A stretch of DNA of 58,134 nt, filler included, from Basidiobolus ranarum (taxonomy: Eukaryota): the NCBI GenBank assembly GCA_040143965.1. It is 8 parts of 8 records of this genome, joined end to end, with 100 filler letters (N's around TTAATTAATTAA, not from the genome) between each part and the next. Parts side by side here need not be neighbours in the genome. Positions count along the whole stretch, not along the records: positions 43,721 to 50,888 come from JASJQH010008045.1; positions 50,989 to 58,134 come from JASJQH010008047.1; 6 more parts are not named here. One strand, given 5' to 3'. Shown here piece after piece: positions 47,931 through 58,134 of the stretch (its first letter is position 1; every line of letters begins with the position of its first letter). The position numbers were made by a program, and so were the translations under genes. Below the pieces are notes generated by a model. The model worked only from the letters and a program-made list of their open reading frames with translations. It did no database searches and had not been told where the DNA came from.

Positions 47931-48792
47931 GGCTTAGCCTCGAAAAGCTTTATTAGTTGTAGTATATATATGAGCGAATTCAAATAGCTGTAAACCGCAA
48001 AGCAAGCCCATATATAAATACTTTTGCCTCATGCTACACGTACCATGGTGATAAGATGGGTCATATTAGTCATGACTACTTTGCTAGCATGCTGTATATG
48101 AACGGATGAAACTGTTGAGTATTGTGTTAATATCTGCGATCAATGAAGTGTATATGGCTACTGTTACAGCTTCTACAACCCGAGATTCTTAGTTTTCAAG
48201 CTTTTACTCATTGAATATTTGCAGAATCTACGACGGATGGGTTATAAAATAGCTGAGTGATTCTTATGCACTTGGAGAGGCTGATTCAGATGAATAATGT
48301 ATATATATCTAAATTTTACTTGTTTCTGGCTAGAAGCGTCGCAATACTAGGACACTCCATCCAACTAAATTTTATTCACAAAAACTCAAGTAACAATCTA
48401 AAGATTGCCTGATTAGTTTCATATACTTGCTTGATTGGACCGCAATACCCGTCAAATACATTACCACAGGAGAATATTCAGTTGAGTCCACCATTGCTCT
48501 AAACGCACACTCTGATGAGGATTTTATTGAGAGTTAATAAACTTCTACATATATGAATCAAACTTGGAACACTGCCGCAGCGGCATACTAATGCTTACCA
48601 GATGAACATCATTATCTAATTACTCGCTACCGGCATTGTATTAACAAGGTCAATATTTACCATTTAGTAGATACAATTCCCCATCATTTATATATAATAA
48701 AAGTAACTATCTTTTATCACTTTTTTTCTAAAATTCGAAATTTTGTACCAAAAGTGACCTCTGAAGCGTAACATTCATGCCACAATCTAAAT

Positions 48793-48945
48793 ATGCAATT
48801 CGCCATTGCCTTGTTAGTTTCATCCACTATTTTAATGGTAGTGGTAGATGCAATACCTGGCAATTACTTCGCACCTGGAGCCAATGCACTTGTAGCTACT
48901 CGTATTGAAGCAAGTATTCACTACTATCACCCAGAAATACGATAG
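48793..48945 (+). CDS. Putative 50-aa secreted peptide
   Basis: MQFAIALLVSSTILMVVVDA-IPGNYFAPGANALVATRIEASIHYYHPEIR*; signal-peptide-like N-terminus; TATATATAA ~100 nt upstream. Confidence 0.4.
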   Translation: MQFAIALLVSSTILMVVVDAIPGNYFAPGANALVATRIEASIHYYHPEIR

Positions 48946-50888
48946 CTTCAATACAGCTAACACTAAACGCAAGAAAAGCCCCTTGCAGCACTCTGAGTCA
49001 AATTGCATAGATCAGTCAATACAACCACTCAATTCCCAATATTGATATCAAATATCTACCAATTGTTTTTGCCTGTTATACTTGACTGAAAGTCAATATT
49101 TCCATGAATAGGGTGTCTACTGTCGGAATTGGGCTGGCGATCTTCAGTTTACATGACTGATGCCCTACCACTATGCTAATTGAGAGCAGCATAATTCAGA
49201 ATTATATCAGTTACTTTTTATCATTGATGCTTAATCTAATCGAGACTAGGAGAAGGTCACTCAACAGAATGTATGTGTATATATATGTAAGTGCACAAAA
49301 CACTGAAAATTCTTCGTTTATTCTTGCAAACTAGAACTGGAATATGCTGACTTTTAGATGAAGTGGTATTATGCACAGCTGAAGTGCTGGTAAACGCCAA
49401 ACAGGGCCGTCGGATCAAGCAAAGGAATACCGAGGGTAATGTCATCCAACCCATCCTTTTACTGCATAATTGCTATCTTATTCTCAAGGAGACTCATATT
49501 CAGAGTTACTGTTTGACTAGTTCAATTTCTCATTCCATACCGAGGCTACAGACCTAATGATCACCTCGCTCGTCATCGCATATTGTTCAATCTTTGAAGT
49601 AAGATGTACGGCCATTTATATGGAGGGACGTGACCGAGAACCATAGAGCGACAAAACCGATAAATAAACAACTGTTGATTGATTCATCGCAATTTATACA
49701 ATTCTGATGGAAGCTTCACTAGCTGAAGATCCGCTGCTTATTTTGAAGCGCGTTAATGACTAAAGAAAACTTATTCCAGTAAATGGGCTTATTTACTGAC
49801 ATTTTCGTCGTCCTAGTAGAAATACAGGGAACTCACTAAGTTAAGATAGTGACCGACTAAACTTCAACTACTCTGATAGATTCTTCAGCTGGAAAATGAT
49901 AATTCTTCCGATCTGTAAAAGCAATATTTTGATAATTGCAATTTGAGTGAAAAGTTCAAGCAGATTAATGTATCAACATTACTGCAATTGTATGTGAGAA
50001 TTATCTCTATACTGTGATCTATAGTACTGCTCTACATTTAGAAAATACCGTGTCGCGACGGATCCACCAAAACTGAATATGCACTCCATGGAAGATTTCC
50101 CACACATTAGTGTCGCCATCCAGATAGTGGACCACGATTTTTAGTTAGAATACCATGAGGCTCGTGATAACAATCAGCATTGAAAAAGAAGAGAATCTAG
50201 TGGGAATAGCTCACTTCATTTGTAAGGAAAGCGCTTCTGAGAATTAGATGAGATATTTTATCATCAACAGAGAATAGAGTATTTATAAAATTTTGCAAGG
50301 AGTTATAACATCGGTGACAGTCAATAATACATATATATATGCTCTTCATGGATAACTATCTATGAAATATCTGGAATGCATACTAAATATATGTTCCACG
50401 TTTGGTGAAGTACATATTTGATAACTAATACGAGCAGTTGAGTCCATAAAGATAATATCAATAAGTCGAATCATTTTCTTAGATCACAGTACGCTAAATA
50501 TATGTCACCCTCAACTTCATAGTTCTCATATTAGTGCTCATCAACAAAAATGGGAAACACTTGTTATTCAATCAATTTATTTATATTTCTGATGAGGTTC
50601 CAAAAAACGGCGCGGATTAGAAAATCTAGGAAATGGAAGAATTAATATGGGGAACAATATGTGATTTGGTGTGCACTATATGTGAGCTCAGATTTTTGGC
50701 TGTTGCTTATATTCTCGCCATGGATAAGATAGTCCGACTGGGGCGGCAAAGCAATCATCATTGTATGCTACAATAATTATAGAAGATAAAAATATGAAAA
50801 TGAAGACTTACCATGTTGTCCGGTACGATATAAGTGCACAATTTGAGCGCTATATATAGTTCTTAAAAATCGAATTCAGGGTTCCCCG

Positions 50889-50988
50889 NNNNNNNNNNNN
50901 NNNNNNNNNNNNNNNNNNNNNNNNNNNNNNNNTTAATTAATTAANNNNNNNNNNNNNNNNNNNNNNNNNNNNNNNNNNNNNNNNNNNN
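50889..50988. other. Artificial contig spacer
   Basis: 44N-TTAATTAATTAA-44N. Confidence 0.98.
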
Positions 50989-51796
50989 GATGGGTATATA
51001 ACTAATGATCATAAATGACGACGTTCTGTCTATATACATATGATTAACAAACAAAAGTGCCCACTGCTCTATAATCTTTACAGGTGGTTCCATAAAGAAA
51101 AGGAAGAGAAAAACGAACTGACGCCATTTCTCTTATTATAGCTTTTTCTTAAATAGCAGATTATTTCTGTTTAATGATAACAAATAATGTCTGAAAAAGA
51201 ACCGAGTTTTGTCTCAAAAATAGGAGCAAATCATCTCATTTTTTGTGTTGTACACGTCCCAGAAGAAAAGGTGAATCGTCTAATTTGAATTTTCAGATCA
51301 TCTCAAATTGGATTTCCAATCATCTCATTTTAGAGTAAAACACTGTAGCTCGGTGAATTGGCTATTAGATCCCTATTTTCCGACTACTACGGAATATCAC
51401 TATCTTCTATCGTTTCGATTGATGTTACGGGCCTACACAACAAGGTTCCATGTTCTCCACTCTCTAATCGTTTTATCGGGTTCCCTGTTAAGTAATTTAA
51501 GGTAGCTGATAGTAGACTAGCCTTATCTACTATAGGAATGCTTCATCTGCAATTAGTTCGTGTGACTAGGAATTTATTCTGGATGATTTTGGAAGTAATA
51601 GTGAATAACCTGGAGTTTTAGTAGAGTGGACTTAATAAAGCATTTAAGGATTGTGAAAGGGTCTATGGGGTTATGTTACAACGTAATTTGAAGCGAATGG
51701 AATGGAAAATAGGAACGCCTTCTCGTAATCTACATGCTTGGGTGTAGACTAGGGGAATCACAGGGATAGGAATTTAATGAAAGAACATCATGCCAA

Positions 51797-54700
51797 TTAA
51801 AAGGGTAAATTACGGGATGGATAGGAAACATAATCTGAATAAAATAGAGGTCCAATAAATGCAGCAAAGAAAAATACAAGCATGATTAGGAAGACAATTG
51901 TGTATATGATGACACCTACGCGACGTTCACGACGTTGTTTGAGCGAGTAAATAGGCGGTCTGATTTGACGACTGGGACGTAGCCAAAACAACATCATAGA
52001 GTGAATCTTATCCATCTTGGGAATCACGCAGAAGGGGAATAATACGAATAGTATTAAATGCCCAATAACAAAGTCAGTCGCGTAAAATGTCATCTCTATG
52101 ATCTTACAAACAAACTCACGAAGTGGCTGAGAGAATGCCATCCATCCCATCCCACGACCGAACCATTTGCCTGACCACCAAGCGATATTCGATTCGTCTT
52201 GTCCAAATTCTCTGGTAAGAAATGCGGCCATAAGAATACGGAAAACTGCACGATGAATGAAACATGTGGCAATCATGGCGAGAATGGCATTGGAAAGCTC
52301 CCATCGCTCCAACCACCATGCAAATACGAAGTCAGCACTAAGAATGATCACTGCAAACCCATGTGCGATGGAGGCTATGATAGAGCCGAAGTGGTCATAA
52401 AATGCGCCGACAATAGGTCCTAATAGGATTGATACTACGAATAGAAGTGCCAGTATTGCGGCGTTCAGTGCAAGAGGGGCTCCCGCAATAACACCAATTC
52501 GAATAAACGCTTGGGTAGTACCTTTGGATGTGACAGAGACGAACGAGTAGGCAATGGCCAACAAAGCAGCCAGAAGAACAGGAAGCATAAGTTCAATCAT
52601 GAAAATAGCGCTAAAACGAGCACGCGGAACTCCACCTCCAAGTCTACGCCTAGAGTCACCTAACTTCTTTCGCTTATATCCAGTGATTCGTGTTCTGGCG
52701 AGACGGCAGTGAGCAATCCAAGAATTATTGTCGGATAGCGAATTTCCTGAAGATAACCAACGAAGATAATCGCGATAATCCAAAATAAAATCGGAGAAGC
52801 CAAATTGATGAGGGTTGAAGAAGAAAGGCGAGATGGTCAGTGCAACGGCGGAATACCAAAAATAGATGTAGTGTGGCATCCACATAGACAATGACAAAAA
52901 GAAGAGCAGCAAGACAATGCGCATCCCGAAGTATATACTGGAATTGGCAAATCGGGCATACAAAATAGAGAAAGGAATGCGAGAGGTAGCAAAACCACGA
53001 CCGGTCCCAATATACCTAGCTCCACCGAAACTCATATTGGAAACAATACTGTTGGCATATATCTGGGTAACAAAAACTTCAAAGAACGGCGAAAGTGACA
53101 AAAAGTGCTTGCCCAGACGTGAAATACTTCTGATAAATCCTTGTTCTGACAGAACTTGTAAAAATAAGGGAAGGAATGCTACCAAGAACATCATTAAGAT
53201 GGCAATAACTGTTCTCTGAATCCAATGAATTACTGGTGAATAGTCGTAGCAACCAGGTGGTGTCAGTATTCCGCTGTAATTATCATAATCACAAGGAGTC
53301 AACAACCGTGCCAAGGACGAAACAAACGTCAAAGTTAAGAGAAACAATTGAACAGTCATCATGACCATAATGTTGTTGATGTGGAATCCAGGATGAGCAT
53401 AATAGAATGTTAAAAATCTATCAATGGGTAGTTGAGTGCCAATGTAATATTGTTCACGGGAGAGCATTTGTTCACCCATTCCAGTACCAATCTTTGTGAC
53501 AAAGTTTAGCACACTGCAGAATCCGAGATCACGACCTTTACCACACTGGAAATATTCTGTGTGCTTGATACGGCCACCTCTCTCAAACGCGTTCATACCA
53601 GCATAGATATCTTCATTTAGATGTAGACCTTTCTGAGCTTTACTCACTCCTCCACGAGTGGTCATGAATATGGAGTTCAGGAAATCCGGATGACCATAAT
53701 GAAGTTTACCTCCAACCTTGGCCATAATACGACCGGTCAAGGTACCCCATATCTGCTCCTTTCCGGCTGCTACATCTCCCAAAACTCCAATATTTTCAGA
53801 GAAAATGTACTCTCGGGCACCGACGATGGCCACGGGGGGTTTTGCTGGAGCAGATTGTGGATTATATGGGTTTAATTCGGGATCTTCAAACTGTTCGAAT
53901 TCGGCGAGAACATTACGGATCTTTAGTGCTTCCTCGATATAATTGTCCTGGTTAGCATCAATGAGTTGGAGATATTCACCTCTTGTGAAGATGATGGAAT
54001 GGTTTTGGTTATCCGATTTACCATCTCCTAAAATAGGATTGCCTGGGAGGAGAATGCGATAGTTTGGCTTGCGTCCTCCATCAGGATTGATTTCACTACT
54101 GCCATCTATCAAACAACTGTAAATCCGAGGAGGTTCGCCCTCTACGCGTGAAGGTATTTCTTCCAAATAAGCAATTTGTAACTCCGGATACGAATTTAGT
54201 AAGAAATCAACGTTCTCCTGTTCCTCTTTAGAAAACTTGGCGAAACGTTGCATACTGACAACAAATTTGAATTTTCTACGCGCCATCTCGTCAATCACCT
54301 GATCAAGACCTTCATTAAAACCACCAAGCTGTTGGACCAGCTCCGGGTTTTCCACACGATACAAAAGCTTGAGCGCCTTAGAATAGTTCATAAATCCAGA
54401 AATGGTTCTATAGAGAGTTTGAGCTCTCAATGATGCCCAAATTCTAGTTCTCAATGTAAATTCAGGTGAAGCCGACTTGAATCCAACACAATAAAAAGGT
54501 AGATCATCTGTGCGACCTTTCGATTCCATCTTAGACGTATCTGGGAATAGGTGTTCTTCGTTGTCCGGGAACATCGATTTTTCTTCGGCCAATATCTTGG
54601 TATCTTTAACAAAGTTGTCCCATTCGGATGGATGTAATTTCTTAAGGTATTCCAGTAGAGTAACATGCGTATATTGATCGTCTTCTCTAATAATCTCACG

Positions 54701-57307
54701 AAGCGAAAGAAGAATTTTCTCAGCATAATGTGGAGTGAAAACTGTAAACGTAGGCATACGCTCCACTGGAACTGGATTGGGTATGGGCATGGACATACTT
54801 TGCGCAAAGAATGAAATTCGACGTTCAGCTTCACTACCTTTGGGGAAACAATCCTGAAGAGGTAACTTGGGGTCGAGCAGAGCTGGTACTTGGAGATTGG
54901 TACGCCCTTCTTCACCTGGAATCTGTTGGTAGAGTAACTCTTGCAAATGCTCAAGTGAAAGTAGATGGTCTCTATACATTGAGATTACAAATGCGTTCCA
55001 AATTTGAGAGCATAAAACCTTCGGCTTGTATTTCACATCCATAACGTTTGTAGCGAGTAGCTTGGTGAAGATATGATTGGAAAGTCGCCCGAAAATATTT
55101 CTCCAATTGGACCAGAATGAATCTCCAAGATAAAACGAATGTACAACACTGAAAGCAGTACTCCATACAGTGTACCAAAGGTACGTATCCAAAAAGAATA
55201 GGATAAGGTCAAGCACTAACATCAAAATCATGGTAATATACACAACGATATAGCACAGAGTAGATGAGCTGTTGATGCTGCATTGATTTGCTTGAGCATC
55301 GTAAGTAGAGCGGAGGGAGTCTTTGAACGATACACTCAAAAAGAAGTAACTCTCGGCGAACTTACAGCTGAAGATACAAAGCCACAACAGGAAGGATACC
55401 ATACGGTCTTGGGAAGGAATTCTTGGGAAATTGCTGGTGAATGTACGATTGGTAAGATTCTTCGAGGTACCGGTTGTGTTATCACTAAGTAACCGGAATA
55501 GTTTACCACTAGGAACAGTGGCGAAGATTATGGTAGTAATCAGTGAGATACCAAGGTGGACGCTGCCTACAATAAGTCCTATACTGGAATCACGGTCAAA
55601 TAAGAGTACATACAATCCAGGGACGAGATTGATGAGTGCACACACTAGGAGGTATACGAGACGTTTCATAAGAATGCTAGAGTTGACCCAAGACGAAGGT
55701 ATGAAAACGAATTCGAGAATTGTTCCAAATATCATAATGATGGAAGCCAGAACTCCACCAAATCCTAAGACGGCGAATCGAACAGGTAGAGGTGTGTCTT
55801 TTTCGTCTTTCAGCGTATAAAAATAAGGCGCGTTGGCAGCAGTATAATAGTAGAAGCCAACAATATGAATAATCCAAATTCGGGCAAAATTAAGAGCAAC
55901 ATGGAGCCACGAACGTCTTTCCTTGTAGGTTTTCTGAAATGCAGATTTCCAATGGACTTGAGCTAGTTTATGATATCTATGTGATGAATGGAAGTCCATA
56001 AGTCTGGTTGTACGATCCTGTAGTACAATACGTTCGATTCCTTTGGGAGCCCAGAAAAGTTCATTAACATCATCGTACCCGATGATTTCGTGATGATCCT
56101 TTTCCTTTCGGACATATTTACCATCCACAACCTCATACTGTTGATTGCGGATAAAATCGTAAAGTGGCCTAATAACGCTTTCCAGATATTCACCTTCAAC
56201 GGCTGGCTCTACCAGAGCCTGGCATTCGGGACTAGTATAGTAATCCCACGCGAGTTTGAAAATAAAGCAAAGGACCTCGGGGGTAAAACGGATGATACAG
56301 GCCTCACCCCAAATCATCAAGTATAGAGCAACTTGGCGAACTTGGTCATAAGGAGACATTTGAGCCATACGATTGAGCCAGAGAGCCTGTGCGGTTTCCA
56401 AGGAATCTTGGGCTTCAATATCCTTATTTGTTGAGATATTGTTCCGGGTAGAGCCTCTGGTTTGGAAATATTCTGGATCATCTTTGTCCAAATGTGCGCA
56501 GAAGAACCATTTCTTGTAGTTAGCATTTTCCCCACCAATATAATCAGCATGAAGGGTGACTAAGGCTTGATGAGTAGTCATTCTTGAAGATCTTGAGTCA
56601 AGCATAGTCATAAATGCATCGTACATATTTCTCATGTTATCCTTTTGGAATCCAAATCGTCGCTGCAAGTCTTCAAATATATCAGCACCCTCGTCCTTGG
56701 TAACCGGGACATCACCATCTTTCCAAGTGGGCCAAGGATTCTTCTTCTTCAGCTGGTTGAGGGGTTGACCATTGCCATCTTGGGTTGAAGGATAGCTATT
56801 GGAGACCCATGAATTTCTTCTTGACGATGAACAACTATTGCCAGGATTTTTATTTCCCAGAAGAGCAACTAGAGATTCACTAGAAGTTGCAAATTTAGCG
56901 TACCTACTATCATCGAAATGCCCTTGCATCATTGAGGCGAAAAGATTATTCGTGTCTACGGGTGCGGCCATGTAAGGTGATCTAGGTTGAGGACTAGGCG
57001 CATGAATACTATCGCTGTACGTTGAATCGCTTTCCGAGTCAACATTGTATCGTGGTTGGTAGCTAGGATCATGAGGGTAGGATCTCTCATTCTCTACTAG
57101 ATCTGAAGTGAAATTAGAGGAGTTTTGAGGAGGGAAGCCATGCTGGGGGTCATGGTGGGCCGGCTGTCTGTGTGAGTGCTGGGAGGTTTGTCTTGTAAAG
57201 TCAGTATGAGGAGCAGGCCGTCCGAGATTATCCAATTCAACAAAGCTGTTTCCGTTTTCACCAGTGGTGCTTTGGGGCTGAAAGCCATTATTGGATTGAT
57301 AAGCCAT
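51797..57307 (-). CDS. FKS1: 1,3-beta-glucan synthase catalytic subunit (GT48), ~1836 aa, intronless
   Basis: FGFQKDNMRN, HADYIGGENANYKKW, GYDDVNELFW, EAERRISFFAQS, RIWASLRAQTLYRT, GDGKSDNQNH, IDANQDNYIEE, HYGHPDF, LNEDIYAG and QCGKGRDLG. First ATG is at 57307; the ORF track starts at a TTG. Confidence 0.98.
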   Translation of the reverse strand: MAYQSNNGFQPQSTTGENGNSFVELDNLGRPAPHTDFTRQTSQHSHRQPAHHDPQHGFPPQNSSNFTSDLVENERSYPHDPSYQPRYNVDSESDSTYSDSIHAPSPQPRSPYMAAPVDTNNLFASMMQGHFDDSRYAKFATSSESLVALLGNKNPGNSCSSSRRNSWVSNSYPSTQDGNGQPLNQLKKKNPWPTWKDGDVPVTKDEGADIFEDLQRRFGFQKDNMRNMYDAFMTMLDSRSSRMTTHQALVTLHADYIGGENANYKKWFFCAHLDKDDPEYFQTRGSTRNNISTNKDIEAQDSLETAQALWLNRMAQMSPYDQVRQVALYLMIWGEACIIRFTPEVLCFIFKLAWDYYTSPECQALVEPAVEGEYLESVIRPLYDFIRNQQYEVVDGKYVRKEKDHHEIIGYDDVNELFWAPKGIERIVLQDRTTRLMDFHSSHRYHKLAQVHWKSAFQKTYKERRSWLHVALNFARIWIIHIVGFYYYTAANAPYFYTLKDEKDTPLPVRFAVLGFGGVLASIIMIFGTILEFVFIPSSWVNSSILMKRLVYLLVCALINLVPGLYVLLFDRDSSIGLIVGSVHLGISLITTIIFATVPSGKLFRLLSDNTTGTSKNLTNRTFTSNFPRIPSQDRMVSFLLWLCIFSCKFAESYFFLSVSFKDSLRSTYDAQANQCSINSSSTLCYIVVYITMILMLVLDLILFFLDTYLWYTVWSTAFSVVHSFYLGDSFWSNWRNIFGRLSNHIFTKLLATNVMDVKYKPKVLCSQIWNAFVISMYRDHLLSLEHLQELLYQQIPGEEGRTNLQVPALLDPKLPLQDCFPKGSEAERRISFFAQSMSMPIPNPVPVERMPTFTVFTPHYAEKILLSLREIIREDDQYTHVTLLEYLKKLHPSEWDNFVKDTKILAEEKSMFPDNEEHLFPDTSKMESKGRTDDLPFYCVGFKSASPEFTLRTRIWASLRAQTLYRTISGFMNYSKALKLLYRVENPELVQQLGGFNEGLDQVIDEMARRKFKFVVSMQRFAKFSKEEQENVDFLLNSYPELQIAYLEEIPSRVEGEPPRIYSCLIDGSSEINPDGGRKPNYRILLPGNPILGDGKSDNQNHSIIFTRGEYLQLIDANQDNYIEEALKIRNVLAEFEQFEDPELNPYNPQSAPAKPPVAIVGAREYIFSENIGVLGDVAAGKEQIWGTLTGRIMAKVGGKLHYGHPDFLNSIFMTTRGGVSKAQKGLHLNEDIYAGMNAFERGGRIKHTEYFQCGKGRDLGFCSVLNFVTKIGTGMGEQMLSREQYYIGTQLPIDRFLTFYYAHPGFHINNIMVMMTVQLFLLTLTFVSSLARLLTPCDYDNYSGILTPPGCYDYSPVIHWIQRTVIAILMMFLVAFLPLFLQVLSEQGFIRSISRLGKHFLSLSPFFEVFVTQIYANSIVSNMSFGGARYIGTGRGFATSRIPFSILYARFANSSIYFGMRIVLLLFFLSLSMWMPHYIYFWYSAVALTISPFFFNPHQFGFSDFILDYRDYLRWLSSGNSLSDNNSWIAHCRLARTRITGYKRKKLGDSRRRLGGGVPRARFSAIFMIELMLPVLLAALLAIAYSFVSVTSKGTTQAFIRIGVIAGAPLALNAAILALLFVVSILLGPIVGAFYDHFGSIIASIAHGFAVIILSADFVFAWWLERWELSNAILAMIATCFIHRAVFRILMAAFLTREFGQDESNIAWWSGKWFGRGMGWMAFSQPLREFVCKIIEMTFYATDFVIGHLILFVLFPFCVIPKMDKIHSMMLFWLRPSRQIRPPIYSLKQRRERRVGVIIYTIVFLIMLVFFFAAFIGPLFYSDYVSYPSRNLPF

Positions 57308-58134
57308 GGTACCAAAGTACAAATGTACAATATAAGCACTAGTGCTTCAGGGTAAAGAAAAACAAATCAATAGTGTGAGGGAATATGTGCGTAATGCTAT
57401 TCCCTAGTGGGACTACTCTAAGCGTAGGGCAGGAAAACTATAGAACAAAAGAGGTATAGACGGAAGTGAGAGAAGGAAACTTTAGTGAGTTATAAATAAG
57501 ATCGGAAAGTAATTTGGATGGAAGTGGAAGGGCAACTTAAATAAGGACGAACTCAATGGAGATCAAGAATGAATCGGATGAACTAGTGTAAATAAGATAT
57601 AAATGAGTGAGACCATATTAAGAAAAAAAAGTAGCACCAATTCTATTGTCCAGATTAAGAAGAATGAAAATAACAACGCAGACACCAATAAGCGAGGCTG
57701 TAGTATTTTATTTATATCAACTCCTCATATATCCATCCAATCTGCAATGGAAATATCAACATGGCGGATCTTGACGTTGATAGAGTCAGATCGGGCTTTG
57801 ATATGGAAACACACTCAATGCAGACAAAACATACATAAATTGGGAGTTCGATGTTCCAGGGTTCTAATCTCTGCAGTGACCGCAACATAACTACTGTATT
57901 TCATGAGCATGCTCATTTGAATCGATATATAGATTAAAAGCTGGTCTTGTGGAAGAGTCAGTCATTGGAAATGCCATTTTGAGCCGGATGATTGGCTGAT
58001 GGATTTTTTTTGAACCCGAGCAAGTAGGGATTGGACAGAGCCCGCTCCCTTCAATGCAATTTGATGAGGATATGACGGGGGTGGAGGTTGTCGTACAGTA
58101 TAACTGACGGTCCCGCGAGCTCCCAAGTCCTGTG

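Noticed and set aside
50640-50814. Minus-strand ATG|GTAAGT micro-exon-like start below a TATA run
   Set aside because: No splice choice gives a convincing ORF; a signal-peptide-like stretch is out of frame with the ATG.
7200-50988. Regularly spaced TTAATTAATTAA palindromes as a biological repeat array
   Set aside because: Always embedded in exactly 44+44 N, so they are an assembly or concatenation linker.

Overview
This is eukaryotic DNA, almost certainly fungal: short GT-AG introns with CTAAC/CTGAC branch sites, FKS glucan synthase, an alpha-arrestin and a single-chain ATP-citrate lyase. My unverified guess is an early-diverging lineage (Zoopagomycota/Mucoromycota, Basidiobolus-like). The window is not one locus. 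It is 8 contigs joined by an artificial 44N-TTAATTAATTAA-44N spacer, in descending length (7199, 7192, 7189, 7185, 7181, 7174, 7168, 7146 nt), so nothing is linked across spacers. Genes: a PTR2-type peptide transporter; a secreted lysozyme with 3 SH3b-like repeats plus a GH24 domain; a 4-exon trihelix/Myb-SANT protein; an alpha-arrestin; a CBM19-like gene tail; fused ACL; a 3-exon KGD4/YMR31 missing from the ORF track; two tandem D-amino-acid-oxidase-like genes; an F-box/LRR fragment; two small secreted proteins; a bacterial-type CAP protein; and FKS. Repeats: a ~320-bp TG...CA solo-LTR family (8 copies, some with 5-bp TSDs), CpG-depleted Ty3/Gypsy relics, and an unclassified ~600-bp repeat. 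Best leads: the triple cell-wall-binding GH24 muramidase, the DAO pair in which one copy has lost catalytic residues, and natural substitutions in FKS hot spot 1.
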